A stretch of DNA of 63,179 bases, counting the filler, from Lenisia limosa (Eukaryota; Protista; Breviatea): the NCBI GenBank assembly GCA_001655205.1. It is 12 parts of 12 records of this genome, joined end to end, with 100 filler letters (N's around TTAATTAATTAA, not from the genome) between each part and the next. Parts side by side here need not be neighbours in the genome. Positions count along the whole stretch, not along the records: positions 49,098 to 55,713 come from LPNZ01011630.1; positions 55,814 to 63,179 come from LPNZ01008908.1; 10 more parts are not named here. One strand, written 5' to 3'. Made by a program: the position numbers and the translations under genes. Below are positions 49,660-63,179 of this stretch, in pieces. Each line of letters starts with the position of its first letter. The stretch's first letter is position 1. Below the pieces are notes generated by a model. That model made no database searches and was not told where the DNA came from. It saw nothing but the letters and a program-made list of their open reading frames with translations.

Positions 49660-52600
49660 ACCCCTCCCCCGGGACCTGCCATGGTCATTTGCCTTGTACT
49701 GGCCAGGTCCGACTGAAAAGAGCACTCCCAGGTCAAATTTGAATCCGAATTTCTGTGGTGGAGGGGAGGGTGGTGAATATGTTTTTGATTTGGAGAAAAT
49801 AAATAAAAAAAAATAAAAAAAATATAAAAAAAAATATCACAAAATATATAAATCAAAGTAATATGTCTCAGTATGTACCGTGTTACATAAATATCTCATA
49901 TGAAATATGATATGAATATACAATAAAATAAAAATAATAAAAAATAAAAAAAAAATAAAAAAAAATACAATAAAATAAAATAAAAGAATCTTGAAGTAGT
50001 GTGTTTAATGATAGTTTTATTTCAGTTAAAGAGGGACGCACGCAAACAATGACAGCCAAATAGTTGCCCAGCTGTAATTTCGAAAATATGTTAAAAGACT
50101 AATTTCAGTTCATCTGATATTTAATACAAAAATTGAATAACAACTCCTCTTTTGAAATAATTTAAATACAATTAATAACATAAATCACCCCCCCTTACGC
50201 CAAAATCGGAGAGAGAGCTCAAAATTGGCTGTATAGCATTCGGATCACCTGCAGGGGTAATAATTGGATATTTATGAAACAAAAAAATAAAAATAAAAGC
50301 CCAAATACCCCTCTCCGATCCCCAAGTATCTCAGATCTGGGGCTTCACTACGGTCCCATAAAAGACTGAATGTACCGATAAATCCTCGATAAATATCGAT
50401 ATAAATTTAACCGGTCTTTTTGAGACTGTAGGGAAGCCCTACTCATATCCTAGTACACCCCGCACCGAGAGCGAATTCACCGAAATTCTTGCCGAGAAGA
50501 CCGACCTTAATGGTGAGAAGAATATTCTTATTATCATGGTTCTTGCATTAATTTTTCGAGGAAATTAGTTGACACAAATTAGAAATCAAAGTGGCTGAAA
50601 TTAAGTTCTTTACACTATGTCCCACTTCAAATTTTGATATTAATTTTTAAATAATTGCACTGAGCCCTGATTATTATAATGTGTGCTCATTTCCCCCCGT
50701 TTCGTATATTTTAAGATATATGAAAATAAAATTAAAAAAAAAAAATAGAGTTTGTGGGTTTATTTTATACAAAAAAAAAAAAAAAGTTGAACACAAAACT
50801 TCCTATATCATAGGATGTAGTGACCGGGATAAGTCCTGACCAATTTGCTATGTGCTAGACAGAGCCCTCGATAAGCGATGTGCTGTGTGATTTCCCAAGG
50901 AAAATAGGTCAAGACTTATCCTGGTCACTGAATAGTATGAGATGACAGCCCTGCTTCTCTCTCGTTTCTAGTACTACGTGCAAATAGTATTTTGAAGAAA
51001 TTAATTGGCAAAATAAGTGTCCACAATTGATTTTACATTACTGTGTCCCACTTCGTATATAATTGCACAGAATCGTTTGATTTTGCTTTACCTTCCCCCA
51101 AACCGGTTGATAGAGAGCCATGGTTTTGAGGATCTTCTCAGGTGGCGTGTCAATAGTTGGGTTGTCAACGTAAGACGTCGCGTTTCCCTTGACCCATTTG
51201 GGCATGAATGAGTACTACAAACGTAAGACAAGAAAAGGAAGATAAAGAGACAGGCAGAGAAAAAAAAGATCATTGTCAAACAAAATGTAGAAATTAGCAT
51301 AAAACATGGAACAGAAGACAATACCCAGCAAAAAATCCCCACAAACACTCATGAGATTCATGATTTGATCAGGTTTGACTGAAATGGGTTAGTAAAGATA
51401 ACAAGACAATCTACTGAAACTCATTACTACCTTCCATGAGAATGGTTAGTAAAGATAACTAAAAAATCTACTGATATTAAACAGGCCATTTCCACCAAAC
51501 ACAGTCCCCTTACCCATTCGTTTCACCCCCCCCCCCCCNNNNNNNNNNNNNNNNNNNNNNNNNNNNNNNNNNNNNNNNNNNNNNNNNNNNNNNNNNNNNN
51601 NNNNNNNNNNNNNNNNNNNNNNNNNNNNNNNNNNNNNNNNNNNNNNNNNNNNNNNNNNNNNNNNNNNNNNNNNNNNNNNNNNNNNNNNNNNNNNNNNNNN
51701 NNNNNNNNNNNNNNNNNNNNAAAATAAAAAAATTAAAAGAGAAAAAGATTGAAAAAAGATTGAAAAAATGACCCGCAAACGAGGTACTTGGTCCGGAGGG
51801 AACAAGTCAGCGTCTCCAACGTTAACAGTACATTTCATGAGTTCGCCCTCAGGCAGACTGTTAATTTCACTGACAGAGAACTCGCAAATATGATTGGACG
51901 TGTTGTGCATTTGCGCGATGGCCACCTTAATAGGATAAAGTGTGATGTTGAAAAGAAAAATGAATGCGGTCCACATCATCATGTTTTGGATGCAGATTAT
52001 TGCACTACGGCGCATCAACTTGGGACTATTGTGAAAACGTTGGAATTCCCACATTTTAGATTGGAATCCCATGGAATTTTATGGAAATTTGAAGAAATGT
52101 ATGAAAGGATTTATCGTGAAATTGAATTTTTTTGGAACCTTAGTGAGGCCTTTTGATTATATCATAAAGTTAATACAGAATGCAGCATAACTATTGGATT
52201 TTTTACAATTAAATATCATGATATGCATTCCAAGTAATTTATTGGCATTTTGTTGACTTTCGAAGTAATTAGTTATCTTTTTAAAAAAAATTTTTGAAGA
52301 AACTAATGAGCCCCCCACCTTTTCAAGCATGCTGGTAGACGTCACCGAGGCATAGTAGGTCACGTCATAGGGAACACCCGAAAGGAATGTGTAAGTGTGC
52401 GGTACTGTGGGTCCGTAGTATTTGAACTGGGGAAATTAGAAGGCTGGATGAAGGGGAAACTGTGATTTTTACTGAATTTTCATAAATAAAGGGGTACAGA
52501 TGAGAATGCATACCCGCATCAAACATAATTTAGTATACTACTTATAGCAATGAGAAATAAAAAAAAACAGGTTGTATCTGGCCGACGCCTTCCATACCAT

Positions 52601-55600
52601 CACGCTATATCATTTACATTACATCTCACACACAGCTTATAAATACATATCATATTACATGTCATATAATACATATCATATATTACATATCATATAATAC
52701 ATATATTATATCATATGTATCATCAAAATTCCTTCGAACATGCCCCCCCTACATAGGGATTGCCAACGGTCAGCATGTACTGATTATCAAAGACGTTCAC
52801 TTCATCAATGGTTTGAGGGTTGTTGAGGTTGATGAAGAGGGTGAGTTTTGGCGTGACCTGCGGAGGGGGTTAATACAAATGAAAAAAACATTTTTTTTTT
52901 TATTTTTTTTTTTATTTATTTTTTTATTTTTTTTTTTTTGGGGGGGGGTAAACAATTTAGTATATCACACACACAAAAAAATTACGGTGAGGTGCATTGA
53001 CATTTTTTCCAAAAAAAACTACTATATATATGTATATCATACTAGAAGATATTTCAACACAATTTCTCAAAACAACAAACAGCAAATCCTTCAAGCATAC
53101 TCTGAGTCTATCAAAGATGACTTCGACAGTTGTGGCTCCACCGTTCATGGGGAAGTCCAGCTAAAATGTTAGGGAAATTGCTAATTTTCATGGAACTCGG
53201 GCTTCACTTCGGTTCAAAAAAAAAGATTCCCGATAAATCCTCAGACAACATCTTCAGTTCCACCCAGTAGCCCACCATGTAAGTATTGGTAATGGAAGAC
53301 GTCTTTAATTTCCCGAGTTTATTCGGGTAAAAAGCTTGGTCAAGGGAGTCGTCAAACTAAAATGGGGTGGGTGAGTAGTGTTTCGCTTTGGTTCAATTTG
53401 GTAATTACCGAACCGAGTTTGTCAAATCTAGTAAAATTGGAAAAAATTTGAAAAGACAATTTCCCCGATTATAACCTGCAAGTGTTTTTTTTTTTCTTCT
53501 GGATTTTTTATTAATTTTTTTTGCATGCAAAGAGAGGAGAAAACCAATAGGGCATTGCTTTATGTTCGGATATTCGTGACAATTTTCTTGAACTCCTGCA
53601 TCCCCTCCCACGAAGAAAACCTCGATATAGAGCGGCTTGGTCACTGCGTTAGTGAAGGCCACTCCATCTGCCATCACTGCAAAACTGACGGAAATCTTGC
53701 CATCTGTGTTGAGCTCCTGTGGGGGGGGGGGGNNNNNNNNNNNNNNNNNNNNNNNNNNNNNNNNNNNNNNNNNNNNNNNNNNNNNNNNNNNNNNNNNNNN
53801 NNNNNNNNNNCACAAAAAACAGCAGGCAATAACAAATACGAGCAACCAAAGCTAAATCTTGACAAAAACCAGAGGAGGAAGAGGAAGAGGAAGAGTATGA
53901 TGATTATGAAGATAATGATAATGATACTGATAATGATAATGATGATGATGATATGATGATGAGTGGTGATGATGAAGAAGATGAAGATAATTAAGAAGAA
54001 GAAGAGGAGGAGTAGAAAGAGGCGGAGGACGGAGCAATTACACAGGCCCAAACCTTGACAATTGGGGAGCCTGAAATTTTGATGTTGGCACAATCTCCGC
54101 CACAGTAGAACTTTCTGTGGATTGTTAAATTAATTAAACTATCGAAATATAGCATTATCTAGATTAAATTGGAGTGAAGCCCTGATTCCGGGTCATGGGG
54201 TCATAGGGCCAGGACAAATAGATTTATGATAACGAGATGATTCAGAAAATAATAACCCGAGGGACCCAGCCCCCCACGGAGAGCAAGTGGGTCGATACTG
54301 TTTGAACAGGGTTGAGGAAGAGGCTTCGTAGAGTCCGGGGGCATCGATAGAACCGGGTATGCACTTTCCGCCGTCCTCAGCAAAACACCAGCCACTGTAT
54401 AAGGTAAATATGGGTTTGGTACAATTTGTATTCGAAATAATATAGAGATTAGAAATACAACATGTAAATGGCCGAAGATGTCCACAATCACGATGAGAGA
54501 GAAGCGATATTGGATTATCGTATGACATCATAATTTAAGCTTCACTTCGGTTCGAAAAAGGTATCTTCGAAAACTATCGATATTTTTCCGGTATTTTTTG
54601 AACAAAAGTGAAGCCCTTCTCCGCCATCAATTCCACTCACCATCCTTCAACAGCAGCACATTCGCTCGGATCTTGGAAGACGTTGCACTGCTTGGCCGAT
54701 TTGCAGGAGTAACCGCCAAGAGTATTGGTACAGTAGTCGCAGATGCCCTCTTCGCATTCGTCGATATCGACGTCACAGAGGGGGCCTGGGGGGGGGGGGT
54801 AAAATTGGAAAATGNNNNNNNNNNNNNNNNNNNNNNNNNNNNNNNNNNNNNNNNNNNNNNNNNNNNNNNNNNNNNNNNNNNNNNNNNNNNNNNNNNNNNN
54901 NNNNNNNNNNNNNNNNNNNNNNNNNNNNNNNNNNNNNNNNNNNNNNNNNNNNNNNNNNNNNNNNNNNNNNNNNNNNNNNNNNNNNGAGTATTGGCGTAAA
55001 GGCACAACACACGAACCGAATAATCTGAAACTCCGAACAAAAAATAAGCAAGACAAAAACACAAGAGAAACCAACGCTAAAACCTGGACAAAAACCAGAC
55101 GACAAAAACACAAACTGAACCTCCCATTTCGTTCTCTATAATAATATAATAAAATAAAAAAATAAAAATAAAAATATCCACACACACCGGTCGCTCTTTA
55201 TAACTATTACCCCCCCCCCNNNNNNNNNNNNNNNNNNNNNNNNNNNNNNNNNNNNNNNNNNNNNNNNNNNNNNNNNNNNNNNNNNNNNNNNNNNNNNNNN
55301 NNNNNNNNNNNNNNNNNNNNNNNNNNNNNNNNNNNNNNNNNNNNNNNNNNNNNNNNNNNNNNNNNNNNNNNNNNNNNNNNNNNNNNNNNNNNNNTGAACC
55401 GAACCATCTGGAACTCCAAACAAAAACAAACAAAATCAAAACAAGTAACAAATAATAGAGTAAATAAAATAATACAAAACAAAATCACCAAACCCCGCAA
55501 ACAGCCAGGGGTGCACACCGGGGTGCAGCCGATAATGCCTTCTCCAGCATTTCGAGGGTCACCGAACATATTGTCCAGGCACTGGTCACATTTTTCGCCT

Positions 55601-55616
55601 GTCGTGTAGTCCTGCA
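49660..55616 (-). CDS. Attractin/MEGF8-like extracellular protein (laminin-EGF, Ca-binding EGF, PSI, then a beta-rich region), partial
   Basis: DYTTGEKCDQCLDNMFGDPRNAG (laminin-EGF), DVDIDECEEGICDYCTNTLGGYSC (cbEGF), ECAAVEGW|GWCFAEDGGKCIPGS (PSI), followed by at least 10 further exons. Confidence 0.75.
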
Positions 55617-55899
55617 TGGTGTGATAAAACAAAAAGCCCAAACCAACTCCGTTGGCTGACAACACGGTAAAACGGTTAATGTGATAATATGACACTGGTA
55701 ATGGAAATGTTTCNNNNNNNNNNNNNNNNNNNNNNNNNNNNNNNNNNNNNNNNNNNNTTAATTAATTAANNNNNNNNNNNNNNNNNNNNNNNNNNNNNNN
55801 NNNNNNNNNNNNNGTTTCTAAAAAGCGTTCGCGTTCATGGGAGTGTTCGCGTTCATGTATAGTCACCTATATAGTATCCTCAATTTCTGAAACCTAAGA

Positions 55900-58800
55900 C
55901 ACCTCCCCTCACCATGTTGTCAGTGATGTTTCTCAAGTTAAACTTGACAGGCGCACAGTTGGTAGTTTGCAGGCAGTACATTCCGATACCCCAAACTTTG
56001 CCATCAGCATGATGGGCATGCTCGATCGGGTAGATCTTATCCACATCTCTGGTGAGCATGAGAATGGTGTTAAAACGCAAGATTGCGGCAGCATATGATA
56101 TGATATATACATTTAATATGTCTACTTCATGATCATATAATATGGGCTTGAAAATAAGCAGCAAGGGAGCAAATACTGTTGTGTATGAGTTGATTATTGT
56201 GATGATAACTATTCAACATTCTCCCCACGTTTCCAGCTCCACCACAGTTCCGGTGGCAGTGTATGTGGGGGCTTCAGGTACGCTGTAGTCCAATTCAAAC
56301 ATCTTGATATCCTACAATGTCAATAAGCTAAAAAAGAAAGGTATTTCAATTTGTCTAAACTCATAGATTTTACCAATACTCCTTCCTTTTCCTATCAAAA
56401 TACCCCAGTAGGCATCACCCGCTCACGCCATCAGATCCATATGTGTATATTTTTTGATTGGTTGTGTCAAGAACTCTGGTTTCAGAGAATCCTCCTAGGA
56501 GTTCGTGGTGCGCAATAATCTGAAAAAATTAAAATATAATATATTACTATATATTATCTATACTATATGTACATCAACTGAGAAATATATGTATCTAAGT
56601 GGAGAACCTACGTAGATATATATACTATGCAGAAACGTGTATAAGACCAATACCCCACCCCCCGATCTTACTTCAAGCATTGGGAATGTTTTGATGACGT
56701 AAACAAAATTGCCGTAGGTCTGGAAAGGGTTAGAGATACAAGTGTGTCTGAACCACCATTCAAAGATTGGAGAAGAAAATAAGACGACATTCACAGGTGT
56801 TTACATCATTGTCCACTTAGAAGCCGAGCGAGCCCGCAAACCTTCTCAAAGACGAAGAGCAAGTCCCGCGTAGTATCGTAGCTGGAGGTGAGGCCGGCAG
56901 AGTCGTGGCCGTACACTGGGTTGCGGGCGACGTTTGCAGTGTAGTTCAGCCTGCAGAGTGAATGCTGTCGGGATCTGCTTTCACTTTCAATTGCAAAAGC
57001 CAACTTTTTTTTTTCAGAAAAAAAGACAGAAAAACGAAATCAGTACATAATACCTGTATCCTTACTACGTATTACAATAGCAATATTATTGTATAAGCAT
57101 CCCACCGCATACCACATGGTGTTGAGGATTTGATTCACATCTCTGTCATAAATAGCAACAAAGCTTGGGAATGTCTAAAGTGAATTAGTTTGATTCAACG
57201 GAAAATTCCAAATGCAGTTGCAAAAGCAGTAGAGTTTGTAAGAAGTACTAGATTCGATGAACATGATGTTTTTCAAAGCTTCAACTCCAATCCCACCTGT
57301 GACACACTTACAACACTTTTGCCATCATTTCTGAGATGTCCGCCCGACAAGGCCGTGTTGTAGGGTTTGACAAGATGCAACGGCCCCACGAGGAGTGTGT
57401 CTTTATTACCGTCAATGTACTGTGGCGTAAGGAAGCATCAATTGGTGTGTGATACTAGGGTATGTAGTATTGTGCTCATATTTCGTGCAACTTACCCAGA
57501 GGTGCGCAGCATTCTTCTGTGAGCTGTCATGAGTAGTGGCTAAGAAGCGATTTTCACCGTCAACCTAGTGGGTACGTTAGGATGTAGTGCAGGAAGGCAC
57601 CTTTCTTTTCAATGACAGATATACATGTTACCAATATTATATTACTGCAGATTCTGACAAATAACAGGAAGCGACCAATACAACGACCAATACAGCAACA
57701 TGACATCCTCCAACCTTATACACCCGCTCTGGGAATCTGCCTTGGATATCGAATGAAGAGCCCTTCACTTTGGTATATGTCACAGGCTGTGTGTGTAAAT
57801 GTAGGAAATGTAGAGTGAAACAGAGTACAATATCTAAAGCTCATAGCATTCTCAAGAATTAAGTAATATAGTCACCCCACGCTCAGGATTTCGAACTCAG
57901 TGGTGGTGCATCGCCCAATGTAACCGTCAGATAGGAGGTGGATTGACACAGTGCCGGAAAATGTTTTCTGGAGAGGGAGAGGGGGGGGGGGTAAAATGGG
58001 GAAATTTGTGAAACAAAAAAAAAANNNNNNNNNNNNNNNNNNNNNNNNNNNNNNNNNNNNNNNNNNNNNNNNNNNNNNNNNNNNNNNNNNNNNNNNNNNN
58101 NNNNNNNNNNNNNNNNNNNNNNNNNNNNNNNNNNNNNNNNNNNNNNNNNNNNNNNNNNNNNNNNNNNNNNNNNNNNNNNNNNNNNNNNNNNNNNNNNNNN
58201 NNNNNNNNNNNNNNNNNNAACCAACAACAAGATCCGTGGCTGAACATATAATAAATAGGAATTTCTCGAAAGTCTACATTTTCCTCTACTTTGCAACCTT
58301 TTCCTATCCAATACCCCCTCCCAACTCTGTCAGCAGCCATGGTTCCGTTGCGATGTTGGCCCCAGGTAAACTTGACAGCACTGCTCTTTTCGAGCATCAC
58401 AATCTCGTCCATAGCCCCCGTAAAGTGCACGGATGCCAATGTGGGCGATCCCACTGCTTGNNNNNNNNNNNNNNNNNNNNNNNNNNNNNNNNNNNNNNNN
58501 NNNNNNNNNNNNNNNNNNNNNNNNNNNNNNNNNNNNNNNNNNNNNNNNNNNNNNNNNNNNNNNNNNNNNNNNNNNNNNNNNNNNNNNNNNNNNNNNNNNN
58601 NNNNNNNNNNNNNNNNNNNNNNNNNNNNNNNNNNNNNNNNNNNNNNNNNNNNNNNNNNAACACACGAGCGTTGTGAAACAACAACAACAGCAACAGCAAC
58701 AGCAGAAGCAGCAGCAACAACAACAACAGCAACAAAAGAGCCAGGCTAGTCATAACCACAGAGTACAAGTGGTAAACAAAAGATGATTTTTATCAAGAAC

Positions 58801-60551
58801 CGAATACTAGAATTGAAACTCGAAAACGGGGAAAAGAGAACAAGATACCCCCCAACAGTTTCGTTGAAGTGGAACTCCATGCCAGTCGAATTGCTGAAGA
58901 TACCGTCAATACGCACAACGTCATAGTCTACAGAGGTCAATAAAAGGACACACACCCTCCCGATTAGGAGTCAACGAAGCCTTTTGCTAGTTTCTTCTAA
59001 ACATACCTCTTTGCCGTTATCCATTAATAAGCCCCCATCCCCCTCCCAACAGTTGCCTTGACATTGGAGGAAGAAAGAGGTGCGACCTGTTTCCATATCA
59101 ATACCTCCTGCAGCAGCACGGACCTGTAGAATAAGTATTTTGTTTAAAGGTAAAAAAAAAGACAGTATCTTGTGCATGTGAAAAAGAAATATGAGTTGGC
59201 TCCATCCGACAAAGGTAAAGTCGTGTGGGCAGAACTTCAGGTAGTTGAAGTCAAAATGCGTNNNNNNNNNNNNNNNNNNNNNNNNNNNNNNNNNNNNNNN
59301 NNNNNNNNNNNNNNNNNNNNNNNNNNNNNNNNNNNNNNNNNNNNNNNNNNNNNNNNNNNNNNNNNNNNNNNNNNNNNNNNNNNNNNNNNNNNNNNNNNNN
59401 NNNNNNNNNNNNNNNNNAGTAATCAAGTTGCAGTAACCATCAGAAGAACAAACCGCAGTGTATGTGGTACAGAAGAAAAACTACACATGATGCACCCCCT
59501 CTCTCTCACGTAAATGACACCCTTGAGATGCCAGATTAGGTAAGTGGGCTTGTCATGAGCAGTGTAGGCAGGGATCAGCTAAGCCATTACGAGCAATTGA
59601 ATTAATGAACATTAGCTATTTCCAGGAAAGCAGACAGATAATCCCCATACAGTTGAAGAGGGAATGGCATCGACCACACCCGAGAAGACTTCACCCTGAA
59701 GAGTAATGGACAGACTAGGGAAACAGAATAGATATCGGGGGAACGCAGCACACAATTATGGCAATTGGCTCCACAATCGCCCACCTTGTAAGTGTATCTG
59801 TTGACGACGGAGTAGGACAGGCCGCCGTCAGCAGAGTCGAGGAAGAGCATGTCGTCATCATTGATGTGACTGTATCGAGGGGGTGCCACAACCTGCGGTG
59901 TGAGAGGTCCATTTTAGCCAGCCTTACCTGAGCCTATCACCAGATCTGATATGTGCCTTTTCATCTTGGTTTCAAAAAACCTCGTATTAAAATTTACTTC
60001 CACTTTACTCCACTCCTCTCTACCCCTTCTCACTCCAGTAGACTCGAAAACTCCTTTGCGGTAGAAGTTGGGAGTTAGCTCGAGGGCTTTGGGGTTAGGA
60101 AAGGGGAAAGGAGGAATGAACAATGGAGTGTCCAGGTACACAGAAGGAACAAGTCTAACATAACCACAATCCACCCTGTGCCAAAGCCCTAGAAAGACCT
60201 GAGCAGCTGCAGGGAAGAGGACACCACGTAGGCCCTCACACAAAAGAACCATATCCTCCCAAATGACCACCCAACATACTAACATTGTCGACTGTGTATG
60301 ATTGCATGGCTCCGAAGCCTGAGAACACGAAAATCTCATCCTTTTCGGAATTAATGAGCTAAGTCTGTTAGAACGTATTCCACAATCTTTATAAATCCAA
60401 AGAACTATCCACATACTCTGAGAGGAACAGCACCAAAGCCGTATTCGTTCATCTTCAAAGTGGAAGAAGCAACTTTGAATTTTTGGGGATCCTCAGCGAT
60501 AGTTGTGACTACTAAGAGCAGCAAAGCTGCTAAGAAGAGGTAGGCCTTCAT
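55900..60551 (-). CDS. Large secreted protein with signal peptide and beta-propeller-like exons, 3'-truncated
   Basis: Starts MKAYLFLAALLLLVVTTIA-EDPQK at 60551; at least 15 exons with GT/AG sites, e.g. RLNYTANVARNPVYGHDSAGLTSSYDTTRDLLFVFEK. Confidence 0.75.
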
Positions 60552-61678
60552 GGTTAAGGGGGAAAAGTCTTTTCTATCCCTTTGATGATCTTTTAAACTA
60601 ACTAAAAGCAGTATATATAATAAAAAATCAATTATATTCTATTCTAGATAATCTGATTCTGGATTTGGCATTTGAGATTTTTCGAAACACACAACAGGAA
60701 CCTGCTCGGGCCCCGATCTTGAGATTGGGGCGTTCCCAACTGCCCGACCCCCCCGACCTAAATCAATAATAATTACAGCACAATAAATAATAATGCAATA
60801 ATACACAGAAGAAGACGTATGAGGTAATAGAGAGAAGACAGTTTTCGGTGAATTATGTCCAACGGCCGGCGGTCTTGTTGGCGTTCTGCTCTCAGACGGC
60901 AGACAATCAAAGATGAACTTTGTAGTGTTGAGTTTGAGGGGTTGCCCCTCTAATTTGCTTTAAAGAGTAGTCTTCTCGCCTGTTCATTTGCCATGTGAAC
61001 GCAGAAAGAGTGCGTCACCAACCACTTCAAGACCGTCCAAAGCGTCCTACAAGACAATAAAACGAAATATAGAGGAGGAAGCCGGAGGCAAAATATATAT
61101 GCGTAGCAAGACATATTATAAGCATCAAATGTTGACCTTAAATTCAAAATATTTCGAAAGAGTCTTTCACATCAAATGGACAACCCTTACAGTCGCAGGA
61201 GGTGCTGGTCTCAGGCTTTTGCAATCTGAACTTGTAAAACTTGCAACAAATCATACACCAAGATGTTTTGAACCATCTACTGTCCCAAGTCCACCAGTAA
61301 TACACAATGTTTTGTAAGTTTTGCTAAAGTATAATTAGTTGGAATCATCTGTGGACCTCGACGGCTTCGGCTAGATACAATCTTATTTTTTATTTTTTTT
61401 CTCATTGATATATATGCATATTATATGATATATATTAATATATATCATATAATGTAGTATATATACTACTAGTTTCTTTTCTTTTCTTTTAAGTGGTTGT
61501 TCGCCCCTACCCAAAGGCCAATGGCAAAATCAGGTGGTAATCCTGACTAACCCGGATGTCAAATCCTCCTCGTGTCAAATGACCAAAAATAGGTAATAGC
61601 GCTGTTGTAATTATAATCCATGTAAATATTAACTGACAACCCAACATAGACGCTCCACTTAAGTCGTGTCATATTTAG

Positions 61679-63020
61679 TTACCAGTCGAGTACCTGCTGC
61701 AGCACCAAGCTGGCCGTTTCGGGTTGGTCGCGAGGCACCTAGGGGGAGGGGGGGGGGNNNNNNNNNNNNNNNNNNNNNNNNNNNNNNNNNNNNNNNNNNN
61801 NNNNNNNNNNNNNNNNNNNNNNNNNNNNNNNNNNNNNNNNNNNNNNNNNNNNNNNNNNNNNNNNNNNNNNNNNNNNNNNNNNNNNNNNNNNNNNNNNNNN
61901 GATTTTCAATATGAAAGAAACAAAAACAAAAACAACTTTCAAACCATATGGCCAGCGTTAAGGATAGTCATGAATTTCAGGTTATTGTAAGCCTTGGTGT
62001 AGCCCATGGGAGTGCCGTCAATCTTAATGAAGGCCTAAACGAGAGTAAATACGTTAGGGAAGAGCAGGTATCATATCATTAAAACAAACAATGAACAAAG
62101 AAATGAAAAAGAACCATAAAGCTGATGATATTACTAAGAATGGGTATATTTACAATAATATCATATAGCGAATACTATTATATCATATTAAGATAAAATA
62201 TTACTACGATTATTGCCCCAACGAGAAAAATAGTATAATGCTAGGAAGTTCACCAGTGATGAGCTATCCCCCGCCCCCCTTTCTGCAACCATTACGCCAA
62301 TGGGAGGGAAGGTCATGCAAAACACTTGTCCTGAGTGCATACTTCATCATTTCACCCCATTAACCTTTTTTGCCTTGTTGAAGTGTTCCATTCCCTGCCA
62401 TTCCATAGTGTCAATCCATCTTTCAGTGGAAAGCACATCAACTGTTTGTGGTGAGAAGCAGAGACAGAGTACTCTCTGAAAAAAGAAAATATAAAATCTA
62501 GCTCAACACCAATCTGTAAATTCCACATACCAATAATATCAAGAGCACCTGAGTAGACGGCCACATTGATATTGTGGTCGAGAAGACTCTCAACAGCCTG
62601 AGAGGTCAAAAAACAATACTCTTGATCTTCATAGATTTAGGGCTCCATTTCAGTACGAAAAAGACTCATATAATGTCGAATTTAAGTACCGTTATGGATC
62701 AAGGGGCATTCCATAATACAAGACCATTCGCCTACTTTGACAGAAGGTTTCATGAAGTCTTTCTGCATTTGCTCAAAGACTTGCTCTAGAGAATCCATTA
62801 ACATCTCCAGGAGAATAACTTGTGACCAAAGAGTCAAAAAAAAAAACAATATGGAAAAACTGGGTTGTCCTTTGTAACACTCAAATGGAATATCAACACA
62901 GTAATGATATCATATGCATATGATAGTAATATTCTAAAAAGTTGTTATAGAGCGTTGCTTACCTCCACCCTGGTTGAACCACTTCTTTCTTGACTCTGGA
63001 ATTGCCTTGAATGTAAAGTA
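61679..63020 (-). CDS. Serine carboxypeptidase S10 (SCPEP1-like), C-terminal part
   Basis: QVFEQMQKDFMKPSVK|AVESLLDHNINVAVYSGALDII|VDVLSTERWIDTMEW..|..GYTKAYNNLKFMTILNAGHM|VPRDQPETASLVLQQVLDW*; catalytic Asp and the AGHMVP His motif are present. Confidence 0.9.
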
Positions 63021-63038
63021 GTCAAGAGGGGAAATGTA

Positions 63039-63179
63039 AATAAGAGGTTTTGATACGGTAATCATGTTTAATAAGAGGTTTTGATATGGCAATCTTGTTT
63101 AATAAGAGGTTTTGATATGGCAATCATGTTTAATAAGAGGTTTTGATATGGCAATCTTGTTTAATAAGAGGTTTTGATA
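63039..63179 (+). repeat. 31-bp minisatellite, ~4.5 copies, running off the window end
   Basis: aataagaggttttgatatggcaatc(a/t)tgttt. Confidence 0.9.

Noticed and set aside
51788-52156. 122-aa plus-strand ORF within the attractin-like gene
   Set aside because: No ATG start or recognisable motif, and it overlaps a minus-strand exon; insufficient support, though not excluded.
53674-54093. Poly-Ile/Met/His ORFs here, and poly-Gln/Leu ORFs at ~58670-58740
   Set aside because: GAT and CAA/CAG trinucleotide microsatellites inside introns.

Overview
Draft-assembly DNA from an intron-dense eukaryote, probably a protist. A KIF9-like kinesin suggests a flagellate; I cannot name the species. It is not one locus: 11 artificial N44-TTAATTAATTAA-N44 linkers join 12 segments whose adjacency is unproven, and many internal N gaps sit beside G or C homopolymers and hide exons. 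Most ORFs in the supplied track are spurious. I rebuilt genes by hand from exons with GT..AG boundaries, so exon edges are approximate. Recognisable genes: RIO2-like kinase (3' part), a divergent H2A.Z-type histone, DUF2817/M14-like peptidase, KIF9-like kinesin tail, D-aminoacyl-tRNA deacylase, guanylate kinase, ABHD13-like hydrolase, TBCK-like rhodanese region, splicing factor SF1/BBP, a 12-Cys 68-aa repeat protein, a laminin-EGF/EGF/PSI attractin-like protein, a large secreted protein and an SCPEP1-like serine carboxypeptidase. Mobile DNA includes Tc1 transposase pieces, three TA-flanked TIR/MITE families, a dispersed intronic repeat and a decayed intronless ORF. The strongest signal is intron architecture. 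Introns of unrelated genes often start GT+poly-G and end poly-C+AG, and share a 40-110 nt 3' module that appears reverse-complemented at one 5' end. This fits an introner-like or structure-assisted splicing system.
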